Counted from the stretch's first letter, positions 24,988 through 38,006 are shown. The stretch is DNA of 64,000 nt from Chara braunii (GCA_003427395.1 BFEA01000020.1:2576113-2640112); one strand, 5' to 3'. Numbers and translations: made by a program. Notes: generated from the sequence alone by a model not told the origin.

Positions 24988-25581
24988 GTAAGATTCAGGT
25001 AGGGCAACCTACTGGCTAGCTCCTATCACAACGGTAACTGAGCAACTCTTCTATAAGAAGAGCTTGCCCAGTCGCTAGGCTACTACCCTGTAGCCTAGTA
25101 CACCATGAGGTATGGACCTACTGGCAACCCAAACCCCTACCCCCTTTCTCACTTGGTGGGGCACCGAACCCTCTGGCTAGGTGCCTTGCCTTGGCCAGTG
25201 TACCGCCTGCTCACGCCCGGCTTCACCGAAACACATAGGTCGGATGTGGCTTCAAGGGGGGCCGCGCTTTCACGCGCGGAGGTCTTAATTAGCTCTTATA
25301 AACTCTGAATCGCGCAGTTGCTATGTCCGTGCGGCCTTACCAATCATGAGGAGAAAACCGGTCACGCCGCCGGTTCTTGCCGCCGATTCCATATACCGCA
25401 GGCATCGGGTCTTAGGTTTAAGAAATTTTAGTCTTTCAGTCATAGGTCAAGTTCGAATAAACTTATGACAGATCACCCATCTTATCAAGTTATGAAGCCC
25501 GGATAACCATTTACAAAGTCGGACATCGTCCAACATTTAAAACACCGGTCAGATACCCTTATCAAGGTTTTTGCCCCGACA
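24988..25581 (+). repeat. Second copy of the terminal segment of element A (16703-17356)
   Basis: High identity from GTAAGATTCAGGTA to GCCCCGACA, with one internal indel. Confidence 0.9.
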
Positions 25582-25879
25582 CAGTAAACATCAAGTAATA
25601 TGTACCCCAACCTTGAACCTTAAGCCTCAAGGTTATCAATCCCTCGAGGCTTGAGGCTCCAGGTTGGGGTACATAATTGAGTCGCAAAGCAAATTGTTAT
25701 CGAATGATAACAAAAAATTATGACCCTTGATGGATCAACTTGAAGCTAGTTGACGCTTCAGTCAAACGATCACGTGCATCACACTACAGGCGAAAAGAGT
25801 GATCGCTATATTGAACGCTTACAGATAATGCATTTTGTATTACATCCTAATCCTCCTCCGACTTTCTTTTCACCTATAC

Positions 25880-26900
25880 CTGACGAGTACCAAAGATTAA
25901 TGAAAACTTTGACAACATCACCCTTAACCGCAATAGATTGTCAAAATTTTACAAGGCGAAATCTAAATATCACCTATCCCTGGCTGGTTCCAAAAATTAA
26001 TGAAATTTTGATAACTTCTCCCTTAACCATAATAGATTGCCAAAATTTTACAAGGCCAAAATCTGTTTAACTTCCTAAAAATGGACTCCCAAAATTTATA
26101 TTAGTCCAAATCTAAAAACCAGAGCACATCTAAACTTTGCAAGAACAGATGTTGTCCAACTCCCCGAATTAACAAAAAAATTGGCGACATTTTTTCTAGG
26201 AAGGTAAGTTCTCTAAATTTTTACTTCGCCAAATATGAAATCATACTACAACCTAACTCTATAGAAACAAAATTTGACAAATTCCTTGAATTAGTACAAA
26301 ATCCGGCAACTCTTTCCTTAAGAAAGTGAACTCCCAAAATTTCTACTATGCCAAATACGAAAACAAAAAGCACTGTGACTTGGGATTAACTTCTGACACT
26401 TAACTTGAGTGTCAGATCTAAGCATAACTTTCAAGATACCTCTTTTGAGATGGTATCAAAAGTTAACTTTAACCCCAACCCTCAGTAAGGTCATCGTATC
26501 TTCTCCCAAGCTTACCCTCTTCTATACTAGTTTACTTATCGCTCCAACACTCGACGGGTATCTAAGCGACTAAGCCATCGAAAGATGCCCCAATGAGTGC
26601 CTAAACAACAGATAAGCACGACCAACATCCCGCACCAACCCACAATTTCTTTATCCAGATGCACAACTTAATTAAGTCTTAAATATTTTACCCTTCCACC
26701 CTTCCCTAGATAGGGCGTAGAACTACACCTCCCTACTTAGGGACACTGTCTATCCCGCCTTAATAGCACACGAACAGAGGACACAATTATTTTCTCTCTT
26801 CTCATGCATGTGACTAGACCACCCTGCTTAGGGACACTGTCTGATCACTACCTTAAACATGTTAATAACCCAATTTTACTAATTTTCTTGCAATTATGGT
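25880..26900 (-). mobile_element. Fragment of a diverged relative of element A
   Basis: Reverse complement aligns with 14200-14975, including two hairpin units and the ~120-bp tandem units. Confidence 0.65.
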
Positions 26901-27220
26901 ATTCACATCTGGTTGTTCTCAAGGCCAGGTACAATCGAAGCAATAAGAACTAAGTCGTAGGAGTGGCTAGTAGGAGGGAGACCACTGTCATGACCAAGAG
27001 AAATGACGACGACTTGGAGCTGAGGGAGATCGCTTGGACGAAGCGCATCTTTGCGCAGATGACAAACATGAGGAGCAGCGCGACCATTAGTGGGACCTTG
27101 ACGACGAGTACAACAAGCAACCCGTTTATCTTTCATCAAATATGCTAAATGAGAATGAATCTTTCGCTAGAAGTCGGGAAGATACATCACCATTCAAAAG
27201 TCGGCGTGCAGCTTCACCCG

Positions 27221-27267
<47 letters not shown>

Positions 27268-27412
27268 TACATACACACACACACACACACACANNNNNNN
27301 NNNNNNNNNNNNNNNNNNNNNNNNNNNNNNNNNNNNNNNNNNNNNNNNNNNNNNNNNNNNNNNNNNNNNNNNNNNNNNNNNNNNNNNNNNNNNNNNNNNN
27401 NNNNNNNNNNNN

Positions 27413-27468
<56 letters not shown>

Positions 27469-29312
27469 ACACCTAGCGATGAAGCTAGCCTCACCATCTG
27501 ACTCCTCAGGGTCACTGGCAAGAACCTCGGAATCGACCTCCACACTAACCGAATCCGTTACCAAACGGATGAGCACGTTCGTCTGCAGTCTGCTACTTCC
27601 CGACCTTGCGAGTTTCGTCAATGTCGTCCTCCTTGTTTTCTTGTCAAACCTTCTTCTTCTTTAGTTAAGCACTCTCTTTTAGACCTTCACAGTGTAACTC
27701 CCTCCCTTACAGCCCGACCACATCTCAATCTAAGCAGGAACGAAATGTTCCATCTATCGGGTCTCCGCCTTTTGTAATTAAGCTCACCCTGCCTACCCTC
27801 CTTGCTTCCTGACCTACAACTTTTTTTTTACCATGAACCTGTCCATTTTCTAATGTCGTATTCATCTAGTGGCAAGGTGCAAACGCCCGATGCTAAGACA
27901 AAATGAGTAGGAAGAAATAAAAATAAATAAATTATATGTGGTGGATAAAAAATTAACTCGACCAAACCTTAACCACCCCGAAGAGAGGGTGGAGGTGCCT
28001 TCACACAGGCCCCCTTTCCTCAAAATGCATCTGAACGCAACCGCGTCCAGAGCTAGGGTGGGGTCAAAAGCTTTGGGCAATGGCCTCAAAATATCAACAC
28101 GAAGTGGCAGGCCCAAGATAATTCAGATGTTGCAAGACTACGAAGTCCTTAAAAATTGAGCCTAGATTTGAGGCTGGATGATGACTCAGGCAGGATGACC
28201 GCTTCTGCTTTATTGATTGAATTAGACGAAACGGTTGGTTATAGACGATGTTGGATAAGGCATGAAGTGAGAGTTAATTGCGTAACCTGGTTTTGGTCGA
28301 GACGACTGAGTTTTGATTGACGCGGTATGAGTTGCTCAAGAACGATAAGTGTTTTGATTATGTGTTCACGAGCCCTGACTGGCATACCGATAGCTGGAAT
28401 TGATAACCCTTCTGATCAGATGGCCGGCAGATTGGGTCGATGCTTTGCGTACTTGACGTAGTCAAAGTTAAGCATGGTTATTGTGAGAGTTAGCCCTATG
28501 ATGTACCTTTTCTGACCGCCATGAGAGTCATCTGAGTGATTAGGAAAGCCTTGCAATACGGTTGCATCAGAATGAGGCCAAGGATGAGTGAGATAATATC
28601 CCCCTGTCAAGAGTTGAAGGTATAAATCCTCTCCTAGGTGGCAGGTTAGAAATCGTCTGTGTGCTTTAAGGAGAAGTAGGTTAAGGAGAGCTGAAGGATC
28701 TACTTGCATGGACTTAGATGGTTGAGTCTAGATTCTAAGCGACTGTTCTGCTACGGGACATAGTGAGTCTGGGTAATACCTTCCTTACGTGAAGGACATC
28801 TAATCCTAGAGGGAATTGGGGTAACAATGGAAGAGCTAACACTAAGACTATCTTGCTCACCTTTAAGGGAGCGGTGGGTAGTAGTGGATGCTAGACCTTC
28901 GCCTGAATCCTTCCAGGCCTGGACCATCCACCTAGGAAGCTAAAGACTTGAAACCAATTGTTTTTAGGGTATTACTTTGAGTTGTATATTGAACTCATCC
29001 ATGAATGTCAGTCCTTGTAAGCCCAGTTTACGCCTGATTATGAGAAGCTATATGTTTAAGCAGATACCATTTTCAGGAGCACTTCGTGTGGGTTATTTTA
29101 TTAGGATTATATTTGGGATCTTATTAGCCTGTAGAAATTTATACGAATGTTTTCAGTCCAGCACTCGCCTCATGGTCGGCCATTAAGTCTGTACGCCTGG
29201 ACCGCTCTTCCCAGAGGGTAGGGATTGTCAGGTTAATAACGGAAGGCGCATGCTGGACGTTTGTCTGTGATGGGCAGAACCCAGACAAAGTAAAGACAAC
29301 TCATGATGCCTT

Positions 29313-29978
29313 ATGCACGGGAAGAACTGCGTATGCTCGGGCGTTGAGAAAGAAGGAGGGCTCGAGGTGTCTTTACCCAGGCGGATCAAAGCAGGAGAGT
29401 ACATCTCTTCGTGGTGGGGCATATTGATGGTCTCAGACATCTTTGTGTGGATCGAGTCTGGGGTTGATGATGAACGGGAGTGTGCGATTGTAAGAGTGAC
29501 GTTGTACGCCTCGCCCTCATTCTGGACTGAGCATGGAATAGAGTTGGCACTTGGGCACGGAAGTCTCCTCGCTAGGCCGCTGAGGGTAGCTGAGGCGGCT
29601 GCGGCAAAGTGGGCGAGGGAAGTGTCCCGTGGCGGAGAAGAGCGCGTACTAACCCATGTAGAGGTCAAGTGCTCTAGGGAGTTCGCGCTTCCGACGGCTC
29701 CACTGCGAGTCACCCTGCCCTACTTCCTCATAGAGAAGAGCTTTGGTGGACAGGCAAGAATAGAAGAGGCAGCTGAAGCCGCTATGAGGGTGCGAAACTG
29801 GGAGTATGAGCGCTATACATGTGAACTGATATATGGTCTATACTTAGACCCGAAGTTCTCGCCTTCTAGGCAGTGGCTTAAGAATATGGCCAATATGGTT
29901 GACATATATGCCGCTTCTCATGATCCGAATGAGGGAAATGTAGGTTGGGATGAGCTTCGAGCAGTAGTGGACCGATAG
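29313..29978 (+). CDS. Uncharacterised 221-aa ORF upstream of gag in element D
   Basis: Open frame of normal complexity inside an LTR-type element; no motif recognised. Confidence 0.4.
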   Translation: MHGKNCVCSGVEKEGGLEVSLPRRIKAGEYISSWWGILMVSDIFVWIESGVDDERECAIVRVTLYASPSFWTEHGIELALGHGSLLARPLRVAEAAAAKWAREVSRGGEERVLTHVEVKCSREFALPTAPLRVTLPYFLIEKSFGGQARIEEAAEAAMRVRNWEYERYTCELIYGLYLDPKFSPSRQWLKNMANMVDIYAASHDPNEGNVGWDELRAVVDR

Positions 29979-30252
29979 AAAGGGTCCTTGTCGTTCGCTA
30001 AAAGTGCACTCCCTTTGACTTGGGTGCGACCGTGCATATACCTATTGTCATATTGACCACTACTGCTTGCCAACAGTCATTGAGGAGTCCTGCTTGTATA
30101 TACTATTGTAAGGACTAGGGGTTCCTTGATGTGGACATGGGATAAGGTAATGAGAGTTGAGTTCAACCGTTTGCCCCTGATTGTTTGAGTCCGCCTAGGA
30201 CGCTCTCTAATAAGTGGCTGCTTGCTTTGCGTACCAGACTGCTGTTAGCACC

Positions 30253-31950
30253 ATGGCGGAAGAGAGCGGTTTTGCCAGGATCCTGCTTTGGAGAAACTCG
30301 TGCCTCATGAAGGTGTTGCTGCACGAGGTGTTGCGGGAGTCAATGCCCCCAGATCTGCGCGCCCTGCTGTTCCAAGGAAGAGACTTCTCTAGCTTTCTGC
30401 GTGATTTTCAGGATTTCTGCCTCATGAAGAAGTGGGACAAGAAGGCAATGTGGTACATACTCCCTTTGTTCGTTTGCGAAAGCCTAAGCGAGGAGGTGTA
30501 TGCCTTCAGGCAGAAGGCGGAGACGTGGGATGAGTTGGAGAACTCCCTAAGGCTAAGATTCCCAGAGGATGGAATGGAGGGCCAACGTGGGGAACGCTCT
30601 ATGCCGCCGGTTGTGAGCGCGCCACCACAGGCAGAGTTAGATGGGCTATAAGGGCAAGTACGGGCATTGGAAGAAAGACTAGCCCGGCTGGAGGAGGCCA
30701 GGAGAGGCAAGCGGAAGGTTTCAGAAGGTTCCCCAAGTGAGCCGGCTGACCAGGGTGAAAGAGGAGTGGAGGAGGATGACCAAGAGTCGCCCCTCTCGAT
30801 AAGAACCCCAAAGAAGTGAGTCGGTGTTCAGGCGAGAGGCAAAGGCGAAGGATTCATGAAAATAAAGGAGGAGCAGGGCACTAATATGGCCCTGCCTGCT
30901 CGTGCGCTGGATCCAAAGGGGGGCCTCGTTAGCGTGGAAACATCCTCAGCTGCAGGTCAGGAAGGGCAGCAGAGAGAATGGTGGTCCGAGCGTTGGGTGG
31001 AAGAGGTATGTGATTGTTGGGAAAAGACTGGCCGTACCCCGCAAGGAAGTAAGGGAAGGGGTGTGACGGGAGAAAAAGAGAAGCTTGAACCTCCCAAGTT
31101 GACAAAGGCTCAGTGGAAGGCGAGGAATTGGGCCCAGGGAGGTCAGGGTACCGGAGAAGGGCAGTGCTCGCAACAAGAGGTAGTCACTCCGCAAGGAATG
31201 GGAGGCGAAACTGCTCAAAGGGGGCCCTCGGCGGCCGAGCAGGCACTATATCGGCAGTGGACGCCGTACGATCAAATGGGTATAGGGCCTGAGATTGGGA
31301 TAGACTTCTTCAAGGGTTATCATGTCTCCGTCTTTCTTGATAAGCTTGGACAGATAGCATCCCACTACAAGTGGAGCGAGGAACGAATGCTGAAAGAGGT
31401 CATAAGGTTTATCCATATAGGATTGAAGGATAAAGTTGACAGGTTGGTCAAAGGAGCGAGGTCATCATGGGGGAAATTATGTGATGACATCAGGCATAAC
31501 ATTTGGCTAGGTGAGGAGCACCCGACCAATAACGATCTGGAGATGGTACCCAGGCCTTTGGCAGCCCAAGCCCAGCCCGGGAGGCCGTTGCGATTACCGT
31601 CGCAGCAAGTGCCGCAAGGCGGCAGGGCCTACGAAGGTCAAAAGCAGGCGGCTGGAAGAGGCCGCAGGAACGGTGGCCGTGGCAGCGAAGGACGTAGCAG
31701 CGGCAGAGGTGGCTTTGGAGGGAAAAAAGCGGGTTGGGGAAAGGACATGTGCAAACATTGTGCTAAGGAAGGGCACATAATAAAGTTTTGTCGGGAGTGA
31801 AGGGCCGATGAGGCGAGCGGTCTAATAAGAACTGATATTGGGGGGAATGTTTTCGACAGGGGCGGGAAGTATATCGACCCAACCATCCCAAGCGGAACAC
31901 GGAAGGAGGCTTTGCAGCGAGACAGGGCATCGAGCACTGCCTCATGAATA
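30253..31950 (+). pseudogene. Gag-like gene (element D) with in-frame stops
   Basis: Two capsid-like blocks (LFQGRDFSSFLRDF; FFKGYHVSVFLDKL), an RG-rich stretch and the knuckle CKHCAKEGHIIKFC. An acceptor CAG lies 15 nt before the ATG. No pol follows. Confidence 0.75.
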
Positions 31951-32184
31951 TAGTCATGAAGAGGGAGCGTTTGTGTGAGAAGGGCCTGGAAACTTGAGTA
32001 GACTGTAGATATAAGCAGGAATCTAATTATAGATGTTGTAGATGGGCGTAGCGTACGGAGGGAAGGGATTTCCGTAATAATGGTCCGGTAAGGTGGCTTG
32101 AGCTATGGGCAGGAGGAACCCCAATAGAACAGTTGCATGTGCGGGGAATGTTAGGTCTGCCTCACATCACGTTATGGGGATGTT

Positions 32185-35100
32185 TCAAGTAGATGGAACA
32201 AGGAGTGACCTTGAGGGCATTGTTACGAAGTAAGGGTCTGTTCTATTAGGCTTATTTACCTTCGAGTCAACTAGAAGGATAACTGGAGTGATACCCTTGG
32301 GGAACGTGTGTGACTTTGGTAGAACCACTCCCAACACGCTGTTTATTTCGGTTTCTCGGATCAAGCACCTGAGGTATTTCAGAATGACGTCTGTGGATGG
32401 GCTACCCCGCCAACCGCCCAACACATATTCGCCCGTGGCGTCATGGAGTCTGCGTTGGCTCGACCGTCCACTGTGGAGAGCCTGTGGACTGAGGCCAAGC
32501 AACCATTCGCCCCCCTGTTGTTCACGGGCCAGAGGGAAGATGACCACCCTGGGCGGCATGGCCGCGGGGGGTGCTGTCATCTGCTTGAAGTCTTACCAAT
32601 TCTCTAAACTTTTTCGGTGGGGTGGGGGGCCCTTCCAATAGATCGTCTTCATCCCCCGACTCCCGTTGCGTGTTGACTTCATCATCATGGAGGACGAATG
32701 CAGTTTGTCGGTCTCGACGAGGGGGTGGGTTGTGCGGCACGATTGTCTGAGTATGGATGTCATTTTCAGAATCGAGGGGTCGCTGCTGTCCCTTTTGCAC
32801 TTGCAAGGATTGTGCCTTCGGAGTTGCCCCCCTTTCCTGTCTCCCAGGCTGGGGCTGTTGTTGCTGGATATCTGGGAGGGCAAGCGAGGTTGTGCCCATG
32901 GAGTCCAAAGGGTGCTCCCTCGCTTGAAGTTGTTGAACGGAGTTTTGCGAGAGGGGATATAGTGTTTCACACAATTCATGTATCAGCACTTCAGGCCAGG
33001 CCAAACCCTCATGAAGGAACACCTCCGACGGGGCATGCACAAGATTGTGGTCATTCATCGAGTCGTCGCCGCCTCTCTGAATTCTCTGGGTTCCCGCATA
33101 TTTTTCAATTTTGTCTAGAAATTCATTCACCACCAGAACAATGGCAGCGCCCACATCCATCCAGTCTATCGATGAGATGTCCTTGTATTTCTCAACTGTA
33201 GCCAAGACCCGCGGGCTGTACATGAGCACCATCTTGGCCTTCTTCCAGTGTTTGTTGTCTAGCCTTTCAGCTGGTCGGTCATCCGTGAGTGAGAAAATCT
33301 TCATAAGGGTCCACTCTGTGAGGAAACCGAGTTTCTGTTTAACCTCAGCGTTGGCTGAAAGAGGCGGCGGTGGGCAGTTTTCTCCTTTCGGTGGTGGCGG
33401 CGGGGGCAGGATGACATCGACATCCATGTCCTGCATGGGAGGCAGGTGGCTGTCCTCCTGCCGGGGCGGGGGCTCATCCGAAACAGAGGTGTCCATATTC
33501 TGGGGTTCCTGCTGTTCGTCAGGTACGGGCGGGCAGGCGATGGCTGGGAGTCGCATGTGAATCTGTAACGCATGCACCTTTTGTCTGTCCGCCTCCTGTT
33601 GCCAGAATGTGCGCAGCTGATCCTGTTGCTGGTACAAAACTTGCTGCTGTTGGCAGCACAGTTGTTGTTGCCATTCCAGGTGGATTTGCTGCAGGATTTG
33701 CTGCTGCTGCAGCATCCTGTGTTGTTGTTGCTGATGATGGTATTGTGCCAGCTGGGCCCTCAGCAGGAGGTGGAACTGGTCGATATAGTCTCCCCCGAGC
33801 ATGAACTGCTGTGCTTGGTGTGGTTGTTGGTCGTGCAGCGTCACTTATTGGTGTTGTTGCTGTTGGGGGTGGGACGGTATCTGCTGTTGCACGTGTTCTT
33901 GCTCCCCTTGTTGCACGTGTTCTTGCTCCCCTTGCAGCAGCTGTTGTTGTGCAGGAGGCTGTTGTGGTTGGGCTTGCAGCCCCTGCTATTGTTGTTGCTG
34001 TTGGGGGCAGGAGAGTGTTTGCTGTTGCGCCTGTTGTTGTTGGGCAGTGTGCAAATGTTGTTGTGAGAGTTGCACGTGATCTTGCACCCCGTGAAGCAAG
34101 TGTTGTTGTGTAAGAGGCTTGTGCCCACAGCCCATCTGCATTTGCAGCAGGTATTGCTCTTGTGCTTGAGCTTGCGGCTCATGTTGGCACTGTTGCTGTT
34201 GGTGGCAGAAGAGTGCCTGTTGTTGCACCTGCTCATGACTCATTTGCATCTGCTGAGTTTGTTGCTGTTCATATTCAACTTGTTGATGTTGTTGTTGTTG
34301 TTGTTGCCTCAGCGGCTGCTGCAGAACCAACAAGGATTGCTCCTGCTCTAGCTGCTGTTGGGGGCGCTGCACTTCCTGCTGGCGGTGTAGCAGGTTGTGT
34401 TGCTCCTGAGCCTGCCGTTGTTGGTTCTGTTGCTCGTGCATCTGTTGAGTGCGTTGTAGTTCTTGCCTGCAGGGTGCCGTCTCAATCGCCTGCAGCTGAG
34501 TGGGGGTCTGTACAGGGGGGAGTAGACTGTGGTGAGGAGGGGGGGGGCCGTGATTCTCGCTACGGAGGCACTGTTGATCTACATTTTCCGCGGGCCGGGG
34601 TTCCGGTTCAGTCTGTTTTGGCCGTGGCAGTTCCCAGTGCTGTGAAAATGCCACATCTTTGATTTTGTGAAGAAGTGTGTTGGCTTTAAGCCACACATGC
34701 TGTGGTTGAGCATTTTCGAGTTCCCATGTTCCTCGTCTTTGAATGGGCGTCCGTCCTCTTTTTGTATCACCCCTCCCTGTGGCACCCCTCCCTGTGACGA
34801 TGTAGGGGGAGGCAGCTGCTTGTGTGGGCGGCCATCCACTTTTTGTATCACCCCTCCCTGTTCATGTGTGTGTCCTGCCTGTGGCAGTGCAGGGGCAGGC
34901 AGCTGCTTCTGGAGGGTTGGCGGAGGAAGGGGCAATTTGAAAGGCAAGTACTTTTTCTCCCCAGTCACTTCCGAGACAACTACCTTCATACCCGGGGCCT
35001 GTGGTGTGACGTTGTCTGAGGCATGGAGGGAAATTGTCTGTGTTTCAGGCTTTTGGTCCAAAATGTTCGAGTCTGTCTGTTTGCTTTCTTCGGGTAGTAT

Positions 35101-37306
35101 TGGCCTCTGCACCTCCCCCGTCAATTCCGAGACAACTACCTTCATACCAGTGACCTGTGGTGTGACCTTGTCTGAGGCATTGAGGGAAATTATCTGCGTT
35201 TCAGACTTTTGATCCAAAATGTTCGTGTCTGTCTGTTTGCTTTCTTCGGGCAGTTTTGGCCTCTGCACCGCTAGCCCAGCAGAGAGTGCAGGGATTGAGA
35301 GTCCGCCATCCACTTTTTGTATCACCCCTCCCTGTTCGTGTGTGACAACTACCTTAGTGGCCTGTGATGTGACCTTGTCTGAGGCATGGAGGGAAATTAT
35401 CTGCGTTTCAGCCTTTTGGTCCAAAATGCTCGTGTCTGTCTGTTTGCTTTCTTCCGGCAGCATTGGCCTCTGCACCGCTAGCCCAGCACAGACTGCAGGG
35501 ATTGAGAGTCCCCCAGTTTGTGGTGTCTGTTGCTGGTCAGTCCCCATTTGAGGATCAGTCGTGTGATGTGGCTGGGGCGTGGGTAGATAACCAGATGCCG
35601 GCAGCCCAAGGTCAGCAACTTTATAAGAATCGGTCTTGTGGTGCGACCGGGGCATGGGCAGCTGAGCCAGTGTCGCGGCCACCGGTTGTTGTTGTGTGCC
35701 ATTGTGGTAGTCGAGCTGCAGTGGGTCAACCTGATTAGACTGCGGGTGGAGCTCTGCGAGTTTTGTCCCCGCGTGGTCCAACTTGTGGGGGGGTCGGGCA
35801 GCCACGAGTGGGGGGGGGGCTCCGCCCCAACCAGGCCAACAGCTGCCCCGTCACTCTTAAGTCTAGCTTTATATACTTGACGGGGCACCATGGGGACCAG
35901 TCCACGACCGGGTCGCTGGGCTGGGGGAACAGGGTCTATATTGGTTCGTTTACCCTTGCTTCCTTCCGCCTGTGCTCTGTCGGCGGGATCCGGCGCGGTT
36001 GCTCTGCTCGCTCTGTTTCTGACCGCAGCGCATTTCCCTTCTCCTTCGCCTACCGGTTGGTCTGAGGAGACACCGCGTTTGCCCTTATATTCATAATCTT
36101 TGTCAATGATGATCCTGACTCCGGAAGGAAAGGTTACTGGTTGCCCCTTCCCCTGTCACAGCCATTTCCCTGGGCGTCCGTCCGCGTACGCTTTAAAGAG
36201 CCAGCCTTGTAGCTCTTTCTCTTCCTGATACATCTCTCCTCGTCCTCGGGGTGAGGTGTCACCAATCCTTTAATTCTCTTTTTCTGGTTAGACTGACGGT
36301 CATCATCCGTACAGAGGTTCCCTCGTGCCTTACAAGCATAACACCACGGGTCTTGGATGTGGCTCATGGGGACTGAGCACTCCTTGCCGCCGTGTGAATA
36401 GCGCCATTCCTCATTAAGGGGGAATGGGTAGGATGGGTCCCAGTCCACAGCCACCAACAGGGAGTCAGTCATCCCTTTTGCCCAGGAATTGCGGGAGGTC
36501 AGTGATGTACCCTTTTACATGGGCAATGTTCTCAAGATCAGTGAGGATGGTGCCCTGCACACAGAGCGGGGCAAATCTGAACTCAACCCAGAAGTTCGTT
36601 TTCATTAAGAACTCTCTCCTTTCATTGCTGGACAGCGGGTCTACCGGGGACCACGCTGTGACCTGCACAGACTTACCTCTGAACTGCAATGCCTTGTTTC
36701 TGAGTAAGAGGTGTTTGTCTGTCGAGTACAGGGCCACCACCGTGATGCATTCTGGGTTGTCCACTTCAATGAGGAAGTGGTCGTGGACGAGCTGGCGTTC
36801 TGGTTTGATGAGCGCAAGCTTGTCTGTGATCCACTTCACCTTATCAGTTATTGGTTGCACTGGCTGTGTTGGCATGAAACGAAAGTGCACCGCTTTATGG
36901 GAATAGATCATGTCCCTCGTGGCCCTCACTTGGGCCGGGAAGACAGAGTGGGGGTAGACGTACCCATCTCTGACTTGGAATTTTCTCACCGGTTCCACAT
37001 ATAGTTGCTGTATAAAGTGGCTCTTAAGCGGGGCCATGCCGTTCAAGGTGGAAGACTTGTGTGCATCTGCCTGTGCCGGGACGGATAGAGCTTTGAGTAG
37101 TTGGGGGGGGGGGGGCGTTGCACACTCCCGGTCGCAGCTGCAGAAGTGGAGGGGGTATCTTTGGGACACTTGCCGTCCGCCGCTACCTTATCCCTCCATG
37201 TTTCCCTATCAGCCCCTTCCATTGTCTTTTCGTTGATCCCCGGTTTGGGTCCTGCAGCCTTTCGGTGATTTGGGGGTTTGGCAGTGTCTTCCGTGCGTTT
37301 CTCCAT
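32185..37306 (-). mobile_element. Disrupted, very long L1-clade LINE ORF1
   Basis: 36134-37169 gives V.V.AW.P...FWVEF...WCYACKARG, the DUF4283 plus zinc-knuckle layout of plant L1 ORF1. It is followed by co-oriented repeat and Gln-rich ORFs. ORF2 is absent. Confidence 0.6.
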
Positions 37307-38006
37307 ATCTCCGATTACAATCTCCGTTTGTGGGAGGTGTGCTCCCTGCTTATATTCTTTTCCTTTTTTTTTTTCCTTTTTTTTTTTTGGAGATTTGTGG
37401 CGATGGGGAGAGAGGGGAGGACGTGGGCTTGCTGCACAAATCGATGCCTCTTGTTGGGCTGTTTGCTCGGACTTATGTTGCCCTATCTGATGACACCATT
37501 TGCTCCCCCCCGGTTTTTATTTGCGTGTCCTGTGTGTCTTTGTCGTAGAGCAAACCCTCTCTCTCTTATTTTGTGTAACGCGCTACTCTTTCATGTTGAG
37601 CGAACCCTCCCTCTCATACCATATGGATTGGGGTAGGACACATGGTCGTACTACATGTGCGATTGAGAGCAGGACAGGTGGCCTGCAGATCCACCGGTTC
37701 AACCGCGGGGGAATTCAAGGTGAATCGAAGGCAGGCAGATTGTGTGCGATCCCCGGTGTGTTATTGGTGTACAGTACTTTCGTAACATGCATTCAATACC
37801 TGGCGGGGGCTTAGGTCTGGGGACGGGGTCGGGATGGCGGGATGCCTGGTCAACCGGAGGCGGGGGGATGGCAGGTCAAGAGGGATGAGGGACTGAAGAG
37901 GATTCTGATACGGGGGGCAGGGCAGGGCCGGGGGGTTCAACAGGATTTGTGCCGATCGAGGCGATGATTTGTCCAGGACGACAAGGGGCACAGCAAGATC
38001 GACACT

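Noticed and set aside
12427-25581. Single full-length LTR retrotransposon with paired LTRs
   Set aside because: Only the last ~600 bp are shared, no PBS follows 17356, the internal gag is antisense, and no TSD matches the outer ends.
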